From NCBI RefSeq assembly GCF_023055435.1, contig NW_025963779.1, forward strand, positions 13,764,001 to 13,828,000: a DNA stretch of 64,000 nt, read 5' to 3'. Positions 1-12,500 of the stretch are shown here, piece by piece (position 1 is the first letter of the stretch; each line of letters begins with the position of its first letter). This stretch comes from Haliotis rufescens. Lineage: Eukaryota. A program made the translations under genes and the position numbers. Under the pieces are notes generated by a model. It saw only the letters and a program-made list of their open reading frames with translations, was not told the DNA's origin and ran no database searches.

Positions 1-1948
1 GCCCCCAAAAGTCAACCACACATCCTGAGATACCAAATACCGACACTGATAAGTTGAAAAAGACATTTTTCTATGATGGTCAGTTTAGTAGGCTTTGATA
101 ATCTTCATTCTAAATCATACACATAAGAGAATGGTTACACTCGTACTGTGGATGATGATATATCGATTAAACATAGAGACCTTCATTCACCTTTGGGCCT
201 ATGATTCTAACAAATGTGCCATCTACACACCCTAGCACATTTGGAAATCCTGAAAAAAATGACATTCTTATTTTTTATAATTTTTATTGGTTAAAAGGAT
301 GATGGTGAATGGTAATTTCATATTGATTCATACCTGAACATTTTACACTTTACAATTATAGAATGCCGCCTAAGGGAACTATTATGACTGTTCAAAACAA
401 TGCCGTTTTCTAAACTTCGGATTTTAGCATTGCTCTAACTTGCACTAAGAGTTATGCCCCCTTTACGTTTATAACGTAATGTTAAAACGGTTGAAAGATT
501 GAAGAATTACCTGCGAATTTTGTGAAAACTTCTGTTTTGTGGTGTCTGCATCTGATCCTGTCGGCATCCTCACACACCGGTAAGCAGCTGAACACGAGTG
601 ACACGATGTAAAGAATCGTTTCCGCCCGAAACCTAAATCTAAGGAACAAATCATCGTCCGACGTATTCCAGTGGGTTTTCACGATCGGTAAGCCGCCTGG
701 AAATAACCTGTCTCCTTCTTGATCTCCGCTTACGTCTATTAGCAATCGCCTTTTCTGCTTACTTAAGTTTTACGTGGTTTCGAAATCAGTTTAAGTCGAA
801 AATTGAACTCAGTTTGGTTTGAGAAATGCATTTTTGCTGAGTTTTCTCAAATTTGAGTAAAAACTCAGACCTTAATCAGTTTTTGAACTTAAGTTTGTTT
901 CGAGAAATCGGGGCCTGATGCTAAAAGATTGTAGTGGTTGCACCTCTTTATTTCACAGACCGTTTGTACATAAATAGATGACAAAGCGTAAGAGAAAGAA
1001 TATATTTTCTCAGACCTAGTGATGAAGAAACATAGAACTGTGAGTACACATCCCTCAGTATATTGATGGATGTCATTTTTTAGATTTGACAAATCAACTT
1101 TTCCAAAGCCACTAAATCGTAAACATGAAGGAACAACATATGTATATGTACTCGCTGCAGAGGCAGATTCGACTAAGAGTTTAAACCAGGCAACTCATTC
1201 GACAGGGCGGTATTGTATCTCTCCACATTTCTATCGCCCACGCCTTTCTACGGTCATTTACTTGAAGCTGTCAGAATGAATAAATGTTGTTGATGTTCTC
1301 GCTGAAGAGTCAGATTCGACTAAGAGTTTAAACCAGCAACACTTGAGACAAGGGAATATTGCATCTCTCCTTATTTCTGTCTACCGTGACACGAGCTGTG
1401 TGCGGTGGAGCGATTTGCTGCCAAATTTCCCTGAACCACAACCAAGTCAGATCTCGTGGTGTAGGATATGCGATATGGCGAATGCCATAACTTGCACGTG
1501 CATTTTCTTTACTGTTTTCCCCCATGAATTTTTGAACAAGTGTGAAAACAATGACGTTTAAGACATTGCAAATCGACAAGGCTGCGTTTTGACACACCGT
1601 TAGTCGAATATCAGGCCACTAACATTTTCCCAAAACATATATCCAATTTATATACCGGATGTTTTTTTGTGTGGTCAGGTTCAATGGACTTCATACTACC
1701 TGTGCGTTTCTTTTCTGAAGAGTGTATATTCCAAAATGTTAATTTTTCTTGAAATATTTAGATTGTGGGTCATGTTCCCATGAAATATACTAGAATATCC
1801 TTCCTTCATGGCGCTCATATTGGATTTGGCGGGTGGCCCTATATCTCAAAATATTTGGAATGTCATTAGTTACAACTGTGCAAAGTTTCATGCTTTTATC
1901 ACAAAGGGTACATTGACCCTATATCTGTAATGAAATCGCTCCACTATA

Positions 1949-2740
1949 CCACAAGCATAGGTTGCTCAGGATCGAAATAATGGTATACTGTGGAATCACG
2001 ATTTGAATATTTACACATCTTCACTGGAATGAAATAGTGACAGACTTATGAGTGCCAATGGTTGTCAGACACTGAATGATCATTGGGAGGAAGAAAACAC
2101 CAACACCGATACAGCCGAGTATCAAGAAAGACAGATCATAGGACCCAGTCAAATCAAACAGCGTCCCTGTAATTGCAAAGATTATATATACAATGTATAT
2201 CTCTGTAAAGGAAAAATATTTTATGCACGACAAATTCTTTAATCTACTATTATGTGACATTTCGGTATAGATTTTTATACCGCTGTCAAGCAGCAAAAGG
2301 TCACGTTTATTATGTTTGATATTTGTCATTATCTTGTCTTTACGGAGTATGCACGTCCGAGAGAAAATATTTACTTTCCCTCAAAGATTACATTACAGAT
2401 GAGTATCCCCATCGTCATGCTGGAAGGTGCAGTGATTGCTGAACCCAAGCCGGTAGCCACAGCATAATAGCCTTCCCTACCACGTTGTGTATGACTGTAA
2501 TCAGGGAAGGACAGAACCATAAAATATATAGGAACTGATATTTCCTGATTGTTTCTAGACCTGGAGTCGACGACCGTACAATGCATGAAGGCTAGACCCC
2601 CTTAATTATGTGAACAATCGTGCATCTTTTATGACAGTATATTCCATATATAGAGTTCTTCAAAACGACAATATGAGAGTGTGTATACTCAACGTGTCCT
2701 ACCGTGATCCCCTTTGCAGTTTAGTTAATAGAAATAGATT
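1949..2740 (-). pseudogene. Younger duplicate of the SLC16 3' end (part of intron 4, exon 5, intron 5, exon 6, 3' flank)
   Basis: Colinear with 9350-9870 and 10300-10470. Exon-5 copy 2494-2397 is 98 nt (1-nt frameshift). Exon-6 copy (~2166-2021) is open: GTLFDLTGSYDLSFLILGCIGVG...SVTISFQ*. Confidence 0.82.
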
Positions 2741-2899
2741 CGGAAAATTGTCAGTTTATTGTTTTTAAGGCCATTTGACCCATATGACATACATGTATAT
2801 TATGTATACAATTATATTACATTGACATGCATCAAGGTATTGGATTTAATTACAATTTAGAGGAAATATAGTCTCAAGTATTTTACAATTAATTGTAGA

Positions 2900-5000
2900 C
2901 ACCATATCGTGGGCTTGGTTCTTTGTTAAAAGTTCATAGTGGGTACGTGCATCGGTATATAGAGGACATACAAACCAAACATGTTTTCATCTTCTAGACA
3001 GTGCGAGCAGAGGGAGTCTTCATCACCTACAACACTTTTACGTACGTTTTGAACACCCAGGTATATTATATCCTATTCTCTATTTTAACCAAGCCTTTCT
3101 GTAATTAGGTATATTAATACTTTGTGTATACGATTCAACCTGAAGTTCTGATTTCATGGTTGAATAAGATACAAGTGATCGTTTATCTATGAGAAGAGAA
3201 TGCCATTCAAGAATAGATTGTTTCAGAACAAAGATAAATGCTTCTTCATCACCCACTCCCTGGGATATCCAAACATGCCCGAAGACGAATCTGACCATGA
3301 TATCTAATACGAGATGCCCAAATTAAGTATTTCCAATCACAGGTATCGTATAGCATTTGATATCACTGATGCGGGTGTCTATATGTGGGCATAGATAAAA
3401 CACGAAAGCAATATATTTAATAGTTATAAAATAATATTTTGTCTAGAGTGGATATCTGCCACACTCACCATGTGGAACAGCATTGCACAATTTACCACGT
3501 ACAATTTCTTTACATTTCCTTTGAGTGTATCCCAACAACTGACTACCATACAACAAATATCGGTACTATTTTTGTGTCAAATATTACAAAGGCATTATTA
3601 GCGTATATATTGTATTTTCTCACAAGCATTTTAACAGTATAAAGTGTTTTACTTGCCTGTTCCGCAAGGCTATTGGAAGCTGTAGTCCAAATTAGTTATC
3701 AATAGAACCAGATGTTTGTAGGAGCTAACAGTCTCAAGTGGTACACTATTATAGGTCTATCTTTCGTAATGCCATCATCTAGAGAGTCTGCCACCGTTTT
3801 AAATACAATGATATTAGTGTTTTGTGCATTTATTTCCATTCTCCAGATTTCACAGTATTCTTGCAAGAGATACAATCGTCTTTCTACTTTTATAGTAGTA
3901 TCTGCTACCAGTATTAGATCGTCTTCAAATTTCTTCTGATATGAACACACCCTTGTCTAATCTAGAGCCAATAAAATCTACTAATTCCACATTGAAACTG
4001 AAAAAGTAAAGGACTGAGAGTATGTCATTGTCGTACACCAACCGAACACGTAACATACTCAGATAATACTTCCATTACACATAGAAACTGCAGATTTAAC
4101 ATGACTATACATAGTCTGAATAACTCTAAAGAAATTACCTTGAATGCCATTGTTGGATAGTAAAGACATCAATATATTTCTATTGACCATATAAAATGCT
4201 TTCTTAAAGTCTACGAAAGCGCAGTACAATTTACCTTTTTACGTTTAATGTGTTTCTGTATTAATGCCTGTAAAATGAATATATTGTCCACAGTGGAATG
4301 ATTTTTAAACCCACCTTGGTATTCCCGAATAATGTCTTTTTTATCTTCTATGAAAGTATTTTATTTAGTATAAATGCAAATATCTTACTCTTGGTGTTAA
4401 GTAAGGATATTCCTCTACAGTTATTAGGATCTTCTGTATTGCCTTTCTTATGTACGGGTATTAAAATGAATGTATCCCAAAGCACTCAGAAAATTACCTG
4501 TAATCAATATTTGGCCAAACAGCACAGTGAGATTTGGAATTGGTATATCTTGGCATTTTTATAGAACTCGGAGGGAAGACTGTCATCTCCTGGAGATATG
4601 TCAACTTTAAGATTATCCATTGTTTCCGCTACATCACACAATGTAATCTCTGATGATTGATCATCAGGTTGCAGGCACATTTCACAGTCAGCAAGTGTAT
4701 GTAATGACAAGAAACTGTCCACCCCTAGACTCTGTTTCCACCTCCCCGTTCATCTCCTGGTTAAGCAGATTATGAAAGTGTTCCTACCAATCATGAACTG
4801 GTACATTGATACTTTTTCATATTTCTTAACTAATTTCCTAAAGATCTTACAGTCGTGTGTATCAGCTGCTTGAATGACAGATATTCTTAAACCTATTTCT
4901 GGCTTGTTTATACATGAGAACGTTTTCTCTTTTTGGGCTGAGACAGGACACGTTTAGAAGTGTCCCTATGAAATTAAAATCCCACGAAGCGTCTGACAAT
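2900..5000 (-). mobile_element. Degraded non-LTR retrotransposon (LINE, CR1/L2-like) RT region
   Basis: Minus-strand remnants DPNNCRGISLLNT and GKLYCAFVDFKKAF, plus SPGDD; many stops and frameshifts; boundaries approximate. Confidence 0.75.
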
Positions 5001-7117
5001 CTTCCACTGACAATACAAGATCACTGACAAACAATTAAGCTATTTTGACGAATTTTCTTCCATAATTGTCAATAATAGTGTCCCCGTTTGCACGTACAGA
5101 CGGGGTAAATTCAACAGAGCAGTGAATGTCCTCATCAATGGTTAGATGGTCAACTGAGCCATCCTCAGTAAAGTCATTCAAGTTACCAATTCTAGCTTTC
5201 GTGGCACCACACAGTATCAGATTGCTGTCTGGGTGTTCACATTTAACAAAAGTACTGTCGGAAATGCTAGAAAGTGCTTTTCCTACTACAGACTACATGT
5301 CGTGTACCATGGCTATGGCTATGCAAGTGTAATGTAACATGCATCATCGGGGCAGTGTTGACAAAACAAACACAGCGTCAATTTTTTATTTTAGAAGATG
5401 TACATCTAGAATTTTCTCCATGATATTTGTGCGTGGATTAGATGTTTTATGAAGACTACATTATTATCATTAACGGAGTCACGTGCTCATCTTCTGTAGT
5501 CCGTTTCGGACTGCCATCATAAATGTGAACTTACTGTTTTCGTTCGATTTTTTCACAGGTAAACTTGTCCTTGGACTCCTTGAGACTGAAATACTTCAAA
5601 CCACATGTAGGTCAATTGGTAGCTACTGATATGTCAATAGCAACAGTCTGTGAAAAAATCTATCCATTTTTAAGGGGAAAAACGAATTTTTCTAGCATTC
5701 CCACGGTCCTTTAGTTGCTCAAGATCTTCCATACCACAGCGATTCTCGGTTGTTTCTGGTGGAACACAAACAAAGAGCAGCATCAGACGTTTTATTCCCA
5801 GCAAAACGGAATAATAGCAGCCATATGTTTTATTCGTTTTGCGAATCTGCTTGTACTGTTAATATTTGCTAAATATATGTGCAAAGTCCTTTACCTTTTT
5901 AGCTCATGTTTCCAACAGGCAAAAAATATATGAAATAGGAAGGAAACTGCTAAAGTCAGGAATACTTAGCTTGTTGTAAAGTCTGTTTACATTTCAGCTT
6001 AGAAGCACCCGTTTTTAGTTGGGGTTGCATCACCAGTGTTGGTGAGCCCTGGGCCACGGCCCATTCCCGAGAGTGTAATGATCAGCAAAACGCCGCTAAT
6101 GAGGAAAATTAGGAGTCACCGGAGCTTATATATAAACCGTAATTATCTGAAGTGGGAACAGTGCCTGTCGTGTGAAAGGATAGCATGATAATACAAATTG
6201 AGCGTTTCAGCATGTCCGTGAAATATTCAGACCCTGCCCAACCAATCCAATTTTACATGGATTCAACTGAACTGTGTTGTCTATCCCACCTGTACATGTA
6301 TAAGACGTGCTATTAATCATTCATCAAGGACAATACTGTAATGGAAGCCTGAACCGTAGAGAGGATATCCGAGGCAGTGCTTGTGTTCCTCGTTTGAATG
6401 TTTCAGATTTTCAGAAGTTTACAACTGGATGGGCTACATCAGTTTTGCGGCATTACTTACAACACTCTTATATCACTGTACATATGCCCCATTATGTACA
6501 ATTGTGGAAACATTTTTGCAGTCGCTCAATTAGTAAGGGAAGTGATGTAAAATGTGTATTTTTGCACCCGTTAAGTGATGACGTTCAAGAAGCATCCCCT
6601 TGATGCAACAATCACGGAAATGTGTTCACGAAACATGAATGTTGTTCTGGCCAGTAATTGACCACAATCCCTTGGTTTGCATAACTCGATGTCATCAGAT
6701 GAAAAAGTTAGTTTCGTGGATCACAAAAACGTTGTTGTAAGAGTACATAATTCGTATTTAATTTGTTTAGTATCAAAATGCTATGCTATGGGATATTTAG
6801 ATTAATTGTTGCGTATTTCATGAATATTTGACGATTTCTAAAGCCACGAACCTCTTCTGTATGTACTCCTACATGCGGGTATGCTGGCTGTGGGTTGCTG
6901 TTTCTCCGTTTAGTGAACCATTTTCCCGCTTTTCCTATTGAGTGCACGTTGATACCTTGTATATAGTTTTATTTTCGTTTGTAGGTGATTGTAATAATCG
7001 TAACATAATTGTGTCCTTGAGTTACAAGTCTTTCCACACGAACAAGCTGGATATTACGATTTTGGCTATGTGCCTTCGCCTTTAATGAATATGAACCTCA
7101 CTGGTGTGAAATAGTGA

Positions 7118-7397
7118 GTGAGTGAGTGAGTTGGGTTTAACGCCGCTTTTAACAGTATTCCAGTTATATCGCGGCGTGTCAGCTTAATGTGGGAGGGAAG
7201 CCCGAAGTGATGCAAGTCTTAGACGTTTACCGCTTCGGTGAAACCCACGAGCACGGGTATGGTGCTGACTAACCTAGAAACATAATCGGGGCGAACCGGG
7301 ATTCGAACCCACAATCATAGGTTTCTGGCGTGCCCAAGGGACGCAACTCTGCACAGCGAATCGCGGCGCCTTAGACGGCTGGGCCACCCGTGCCCCC
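7118..7397 (-). mobile_element. tRNA-derived SINE family B
   Basis: A-box TGGCCCAGCCGTCTAAGG, B-box GGTTCGAATCC, (ACTC)n tail; 11-bp TSD TGAAATAGTGA at 7107-7117 and 7398-7408. Confidence 0.9.
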
Positions 7398-7855
7398 TGA
7401 AATAGTGACATATGTCGAATATCAGGAAAGGCAGATCATACGACCCAGTCACGTCATACAGTTTGCCTGTTATTGAGAAGAAAAAACCCATAACGGAATA
7501 CCACAAAACGAAAAAACCCATAACGGAATACCACAAAACGAAAACTCCAAACCCAGTGAATTGCAATTACTTTCATTTACAAAAGCAATATACTAAGTTT
7601 AAGTTCACAGCATTTTGCTGTCCTAAAGGCTCAGAGGTTCAAGAACATAGTAAGAACAACATTTACAAAGACTACAGTGAATGAATGTAATGCAGTAATA
7701 CTTTTGGTAAGTGAATGCTGTTTTGCGCTGTAGTTAGAGACTGGAGATATCTCATGGTGTCAAGACTGGGACAGGCAGACACTTGTTTGATACCATGAAC
7801 ATCATACTCCACGCTGTTGGCGCACGATGACCAGGTCACACATTGTTACCTCCAG

Positions 7856-8174
7856 GGCCTCGTTCCTCAAAGCGATCTTAGCGCTACAGTCATCCTAAGA
7901 CTATGTTAAAGTATGGGGCCTGCTATCACCTTAGCGCTACAGTCATCCTAAGACTATGTTAAAGTATCGGGCCTACTATCACCTTAGCGCTACAGTCATC
8001 CTAAGACTATGTTAAAGTATGGGGCCTACTATCACCTTAGCGCTACAGTCATCCTAAGACTATGTTAAAGTATGGGGCCTACTATCACCTTAGCGCTACA
8101 GTCATCCTAAGACTATGTTAAAGTATGGGACCTACTATCACCTTAGCGCTAAGATTGCTTTGAGGAACGGGGCC
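7856..8174. mobile_element. PIF/Harbinger-like MITE containing a 5 x 53-bp tandem array
   Basis: ~30-bp TIR GGCC(T/C)CGTTCCTCAAAGC(G/A)ATCTTAGCGCTA; CAG TSD; single-unit relatives at ~31333-31445 and ~60539-60651. Confidence 0.75.
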
Positions 8175-9421
8175 CAGATCATTAGTAATAGGCCTTACGA
8201 AAGGCCTCGCGGTGACCTGGAGACCTTAATGTATTAGCCATTAGTGTCCCTTGGGTTATGCAGGAGGCTCCAGTGACTGCCCCGCCAAAGCCCATGGACA
8301 CAGCACACGTTTTCCCCTACCACTTGGAAGACAACTACAAATAAAATCATTTAGATTAGTATAAACCATTACGTGAAGTAGACTTTCTAGCTGCAAAGCG
8401 TTGCATTAGATCCCAGTACTCTGTGCTTCATAAAAAGTGATGAAACACTACCAAGCGAATAGCATACAATATTGATATTTGGCAAGTACTGCAAGTACAT
8501 TTAAGGTTGAAACATTTCATCATTTGTGGTTGCCATTGGTTTTGCATAACTTCAGTTCCCTTTCTTGAGATAAAATGCTACTGTATATGCATAATTTGTT
8601 TAACTGTAATATGTTCTGCAACTCATCAGATTATTGCTGTACACTCTTCAGTCGCGTTAATGAGTAAATTACGATCGCACGTTTTAGAACTCGCTGAAGA
8701 TAAACAATTTTGGTGTTTTGGTTTACCAACATTATGCAGATAGGAGAACAATGTTACTTATCTTGCCTTTGCATGCTTTTGTGACGGTGGCAACGATGGA
8801 GCAGGACTCTCAACTTTCGGCAAACACCTGGTAGAACTATTTGATAGTGAGTAACAAACTCGTGCTTGTGATATAGTCGGAATCATACAATGACCTAGTT
8901 CGAAACTGATTGTTCTTTGGCGTTGGCGGTTTACATTATGAATATGAAAAAAAGAAAGAAAAAACCCTCAATTGACACAGTCTATACATTTATTGAAGTG
9001 TCAACTATGATGATACAATCAGAGGCATCCACTGTACCTTAACAAATATGTTATTGTGCTCAATTGTCAATGCATTTTCATTGTATCAAGTTGAACGCTT
9101 AATGCAATAGTATAATCAATCACCAAAAACGTTCTGATCCAAAGGCCATGAAAAACGAAAGATAACAGTTTTCCATTTTTAAGGTGTTTGTTGTTAACAC
9201 TGCCCTCGGCAGATTTCAAGGTATATGGCGGTGGCCTGTTAATAGCCGAGTCTGGACCAGTCAGTCCAGTGATTGATCTATGCCGATGTATGTACGATTA
9301 CACACAGTCAATCAAGCCTGACCACCTGATCCCTGTGGTCGACTCTTATCACAAGCATAGGTTGCTGGGGACATGGATCATGTTATACTGTAGAATCACC
9401 TTCTTTAATATTTATACATCT

Positions 9422-9567
9422 TCACTGGTGTGATATAGTGACAGACTTGTGAGTGCCAATGGTTTTCAGACACCGAATGATCACTGGGAGGGAGGAAGCA
9501 CCAACACCGATACAGCCGAGTATCAAGAAAGACAGATCATACGACCCAGTCAAATCATACAGCGTCC
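9422..9567 (-). CDS. SLC16-like exon 6 (TM12, stop)
   Basis: atgacag|GG...CAGTGA; GTLYDLTGSYDLSFLILGCIGVGASSLPVIIRCLKTIGTHKSVTISHQ*. Confidence 0.88.
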
Positions 9568-12500
9568 CTGTCATTGAAGAGAATACGTACAATGTATATC
9601 TATTATGTTACACCTGAAACAAATCAACAAAAAGGTACTGTTATGTATGATTTATCTGTGTCATTATCTTGTCTCAATTGGATGCATGGCCGAGGGCAAA
9701 TAATTTCTTTCCCTACAAAAGATTATATTACCTATGAGTATCCCCATCGTCATGCTGGAGCAACCACTTATTGCTGAACCGAAGCCGATAGCCACAGCAT
9801 ACTTGTCTTCCCCTACCAGGTTGTGTATGACTGCAATGAGGGAGTGATAGAACCATGAAACACATACAATTTCATAAAAATCAAATCGTAGTTCTCGCTA
9901 CCGCTAAACAAAGATCTGAGGACGTCCCATGACAGGTCATGTCGGGGCCACCTTTCATACTGACCAATCAGAGCGTAGCTTACAAGATCAGGAAAGTGAC
10001 AGTCGGAATGTGTTTTCTCATCATGTAACCTCGAAAAGATTGACACGGGGTACTCCTGTCGACATTTACGGTATGTACGACTGATTCTATTAAAATCATC
10101 TCATATGTCATTTCAATGGGATAAATTTTGCATAGCCCGTGGGAACTACTGCCATTCAATCTCGGCCATCTATAAGACATTCCAGAATGTCCTTTTGTTC
10201 AGTTTTTAAAATTTGAATCGAGAACTTTGTTAAAATATTTTTTAAAGCGTAGTCTGGAATGTAGTCTGAAATTTAAGGGAAGTCGCCAGTTTGAAACTTG
10301 TGCTGCATGGAGGCTAGACCCCCTTAATTATGTGAAAACTTCAGGAATTCTGCATCTTTTATGACAGTTTATTCCATGTATAGAGTTAATTAAAACAGCA
10401 ATATAACGTATGTATTCTCAAATTGTCCTGCCGTGATATCCTTTGTAGTTTGGTCAATAGATAAAGATCGTCATTAGAAGAAGAGTCATGTGAGTCAAAG
10501 CACATGGTGTAAATGTCACATTACTAAAATACCTGTGTGACATACCCATAGGAAAACTGCCCACCATCCCGCCTGCACCTAATCCAAGAAGAGAAAAGCA
10601 GCCAACGATCATGCCATAAGTGTACGCCAAGGAAAGCGCAACAAGAGAGGCACTGGATAGTAACACTGACATGCAGAACACTTGGTAGGTCTTCACACCT
10701 GGGACCATCTGTATCAAGCCGACGAGAAATCGCATTGCAGCTCCCAGCCCATTAATCAGCAACAAAAACACCAGTCCTGTCTCGTATGACAGACCCTTAG
10801 ACATGCCAAAGTCCACTGCAGTGACGGAAGTTGAAGTTAATATTCCAAACCCTACCATGGCACACACTAAACAAGATCCATACATAGGATTTAAGATATG
10901 CTGATATTTGGACTTTTCTTTTTCATTTTTCGATGTTGTCTTTTCATGTTTGGCTGATAGTGTTGGTGATGCTTGGTGTGGCGACGTTACGAGTAGACAC
11001 GAAGATGTAATGTTCAATAAGCCACCGCTAGCAAGGAGAAGTGCACCTCTCCAACCATAAGTCTCCTTGAGTTCCTCCAAGACAATGGGGAAAACAATGC
11101 TCCCGACGCCTGCCGAGGAGGTCATAATTGACAGCGCCATTGATTTAGATCTTGCATCATGAAACGTATGCGACAGGGTGACAAGGGAACTCAGATACAC
11201 CATGCTGCATCCAAAACCTGACCATGAAAAACAGAGTGGACATTTTACGCAGGTACACAGACAATTACTATCCTGCATAGAACTTTATTAAGGTATGGAC
11301 CATGTAATATTCTTGGGGAGTTTCAATACCCAACACCTCTTTTACTGATTATTTTGATAGTTTAAGTGGAGTCATACAAGGTTGTATTATCATCCCCTTT
11401 TTATTTGCAATGTATATTTCAGAATTTCAATCCATGATAGAAGGTGCAGATGTAAGAGGTATGTTTATAGGCGTGGAATATTTGGAACTACTGTTATTAT
11501 AGTATGCTGATGATTTATGTATTTTTGATGACAGTCGTATTACAATGAAAGATTGACATTTTGACAAATATGGATTAGACAGAAATATAAGTTTTTCGAA
11601 AAGTTTGTCATTTAGGACATTATGAGAAGTGTTTTTTTATGGGGAGCTTCTAAAATATCATCTTATTACATGTTTAATTATTTAGGCATGATGTTTTCTA
11701 GGTTGTCGTAGACAGATTGTATCAAAAGCCAGTAAAGATCTGTTTTTTATTAAGAAATATTACAGCATAAATACCCAAATATTCCTGTAAATATGTTATT
11801 TTAGTTCTTAAATATATGTTAAATAAAGCCAATGTTGTTATTTTGGGCGGAGGTGTGGGGCTTCGAAAAAAGAGCTGTAATCGATAGATTTCATAATATA
11901 TTTTTGTAACTATTTTTTGGGTGTTGGTAAAGGTCCATGTAGTGTAGCTTTAGCTGGCTGTGGTAGACATGGATTTTATTTGGATTACTACCAAAAATGT
12001 GTAACTTGCAGATGTTAATTGTAATGAATGTTTGGCGATGGCTATCCCAAGCAATGTTACATACTTATTAAGACGTTAGATTCAACAGGAAGGAAGACAA
12101 GGGCATCTTGTGTCAGATAATTGTTATACACGTATGGTTTCGGATATGCATGGATTAGTCAAGATGTTGCAGATACTTTATGTTTTCTGTCGATATTCAG
12201 ACAGAAATTAGAAGACTGTCAAAAAAAAAAATTATGTTTAGTCGTATCAATGATTCAACATGACTTGCACATAAGAATATTAAGTCATTGCTGACTGTTG
12301 AATATTACGTTACAAATATCAATGTTAGGAACTAAAGAAAATATATATGTTTGTTGAGATTGTATGAACTGCCGTTGCGTTGTTAAATTAGATGAAAGAT
12401 GCTATAACTGTTCACCGAATTTGTAGGATGTGTAATACTAATAGCATGGAAGATTGACTCCATTTCATATTCGATTGCGAGGCATATGCGTCGCTGAGAA

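Larger units (their letters stand above)
7098..8334 (-). pseudogene. Older decayed duplicate of SLC16 exons 5 and 6
   Basis: Exon-5 copy 8334-8238 is 97 nt (2-nt deletion) and its donor is mutated to CTAATA. Exon-6 copy starts at 7466 (GKLYDVTGSYDLPF), has an internal deletion, is interrupted by a SINE, and resumes to the TGA at 7098-7100. Confidence 0.8.

Noticed and set aside
1152-1340. ~45-bp direct repeat with CTGAAGA-GTC..GAC resembling a hammerhead
   Set aside because: The required GAAA is replaced by TAAG in both copies and there is no convincing stem I/III.
6230-6780. Possible decayed transposase
   Set aside because: Too degraded to identify motifs or termini by eye.
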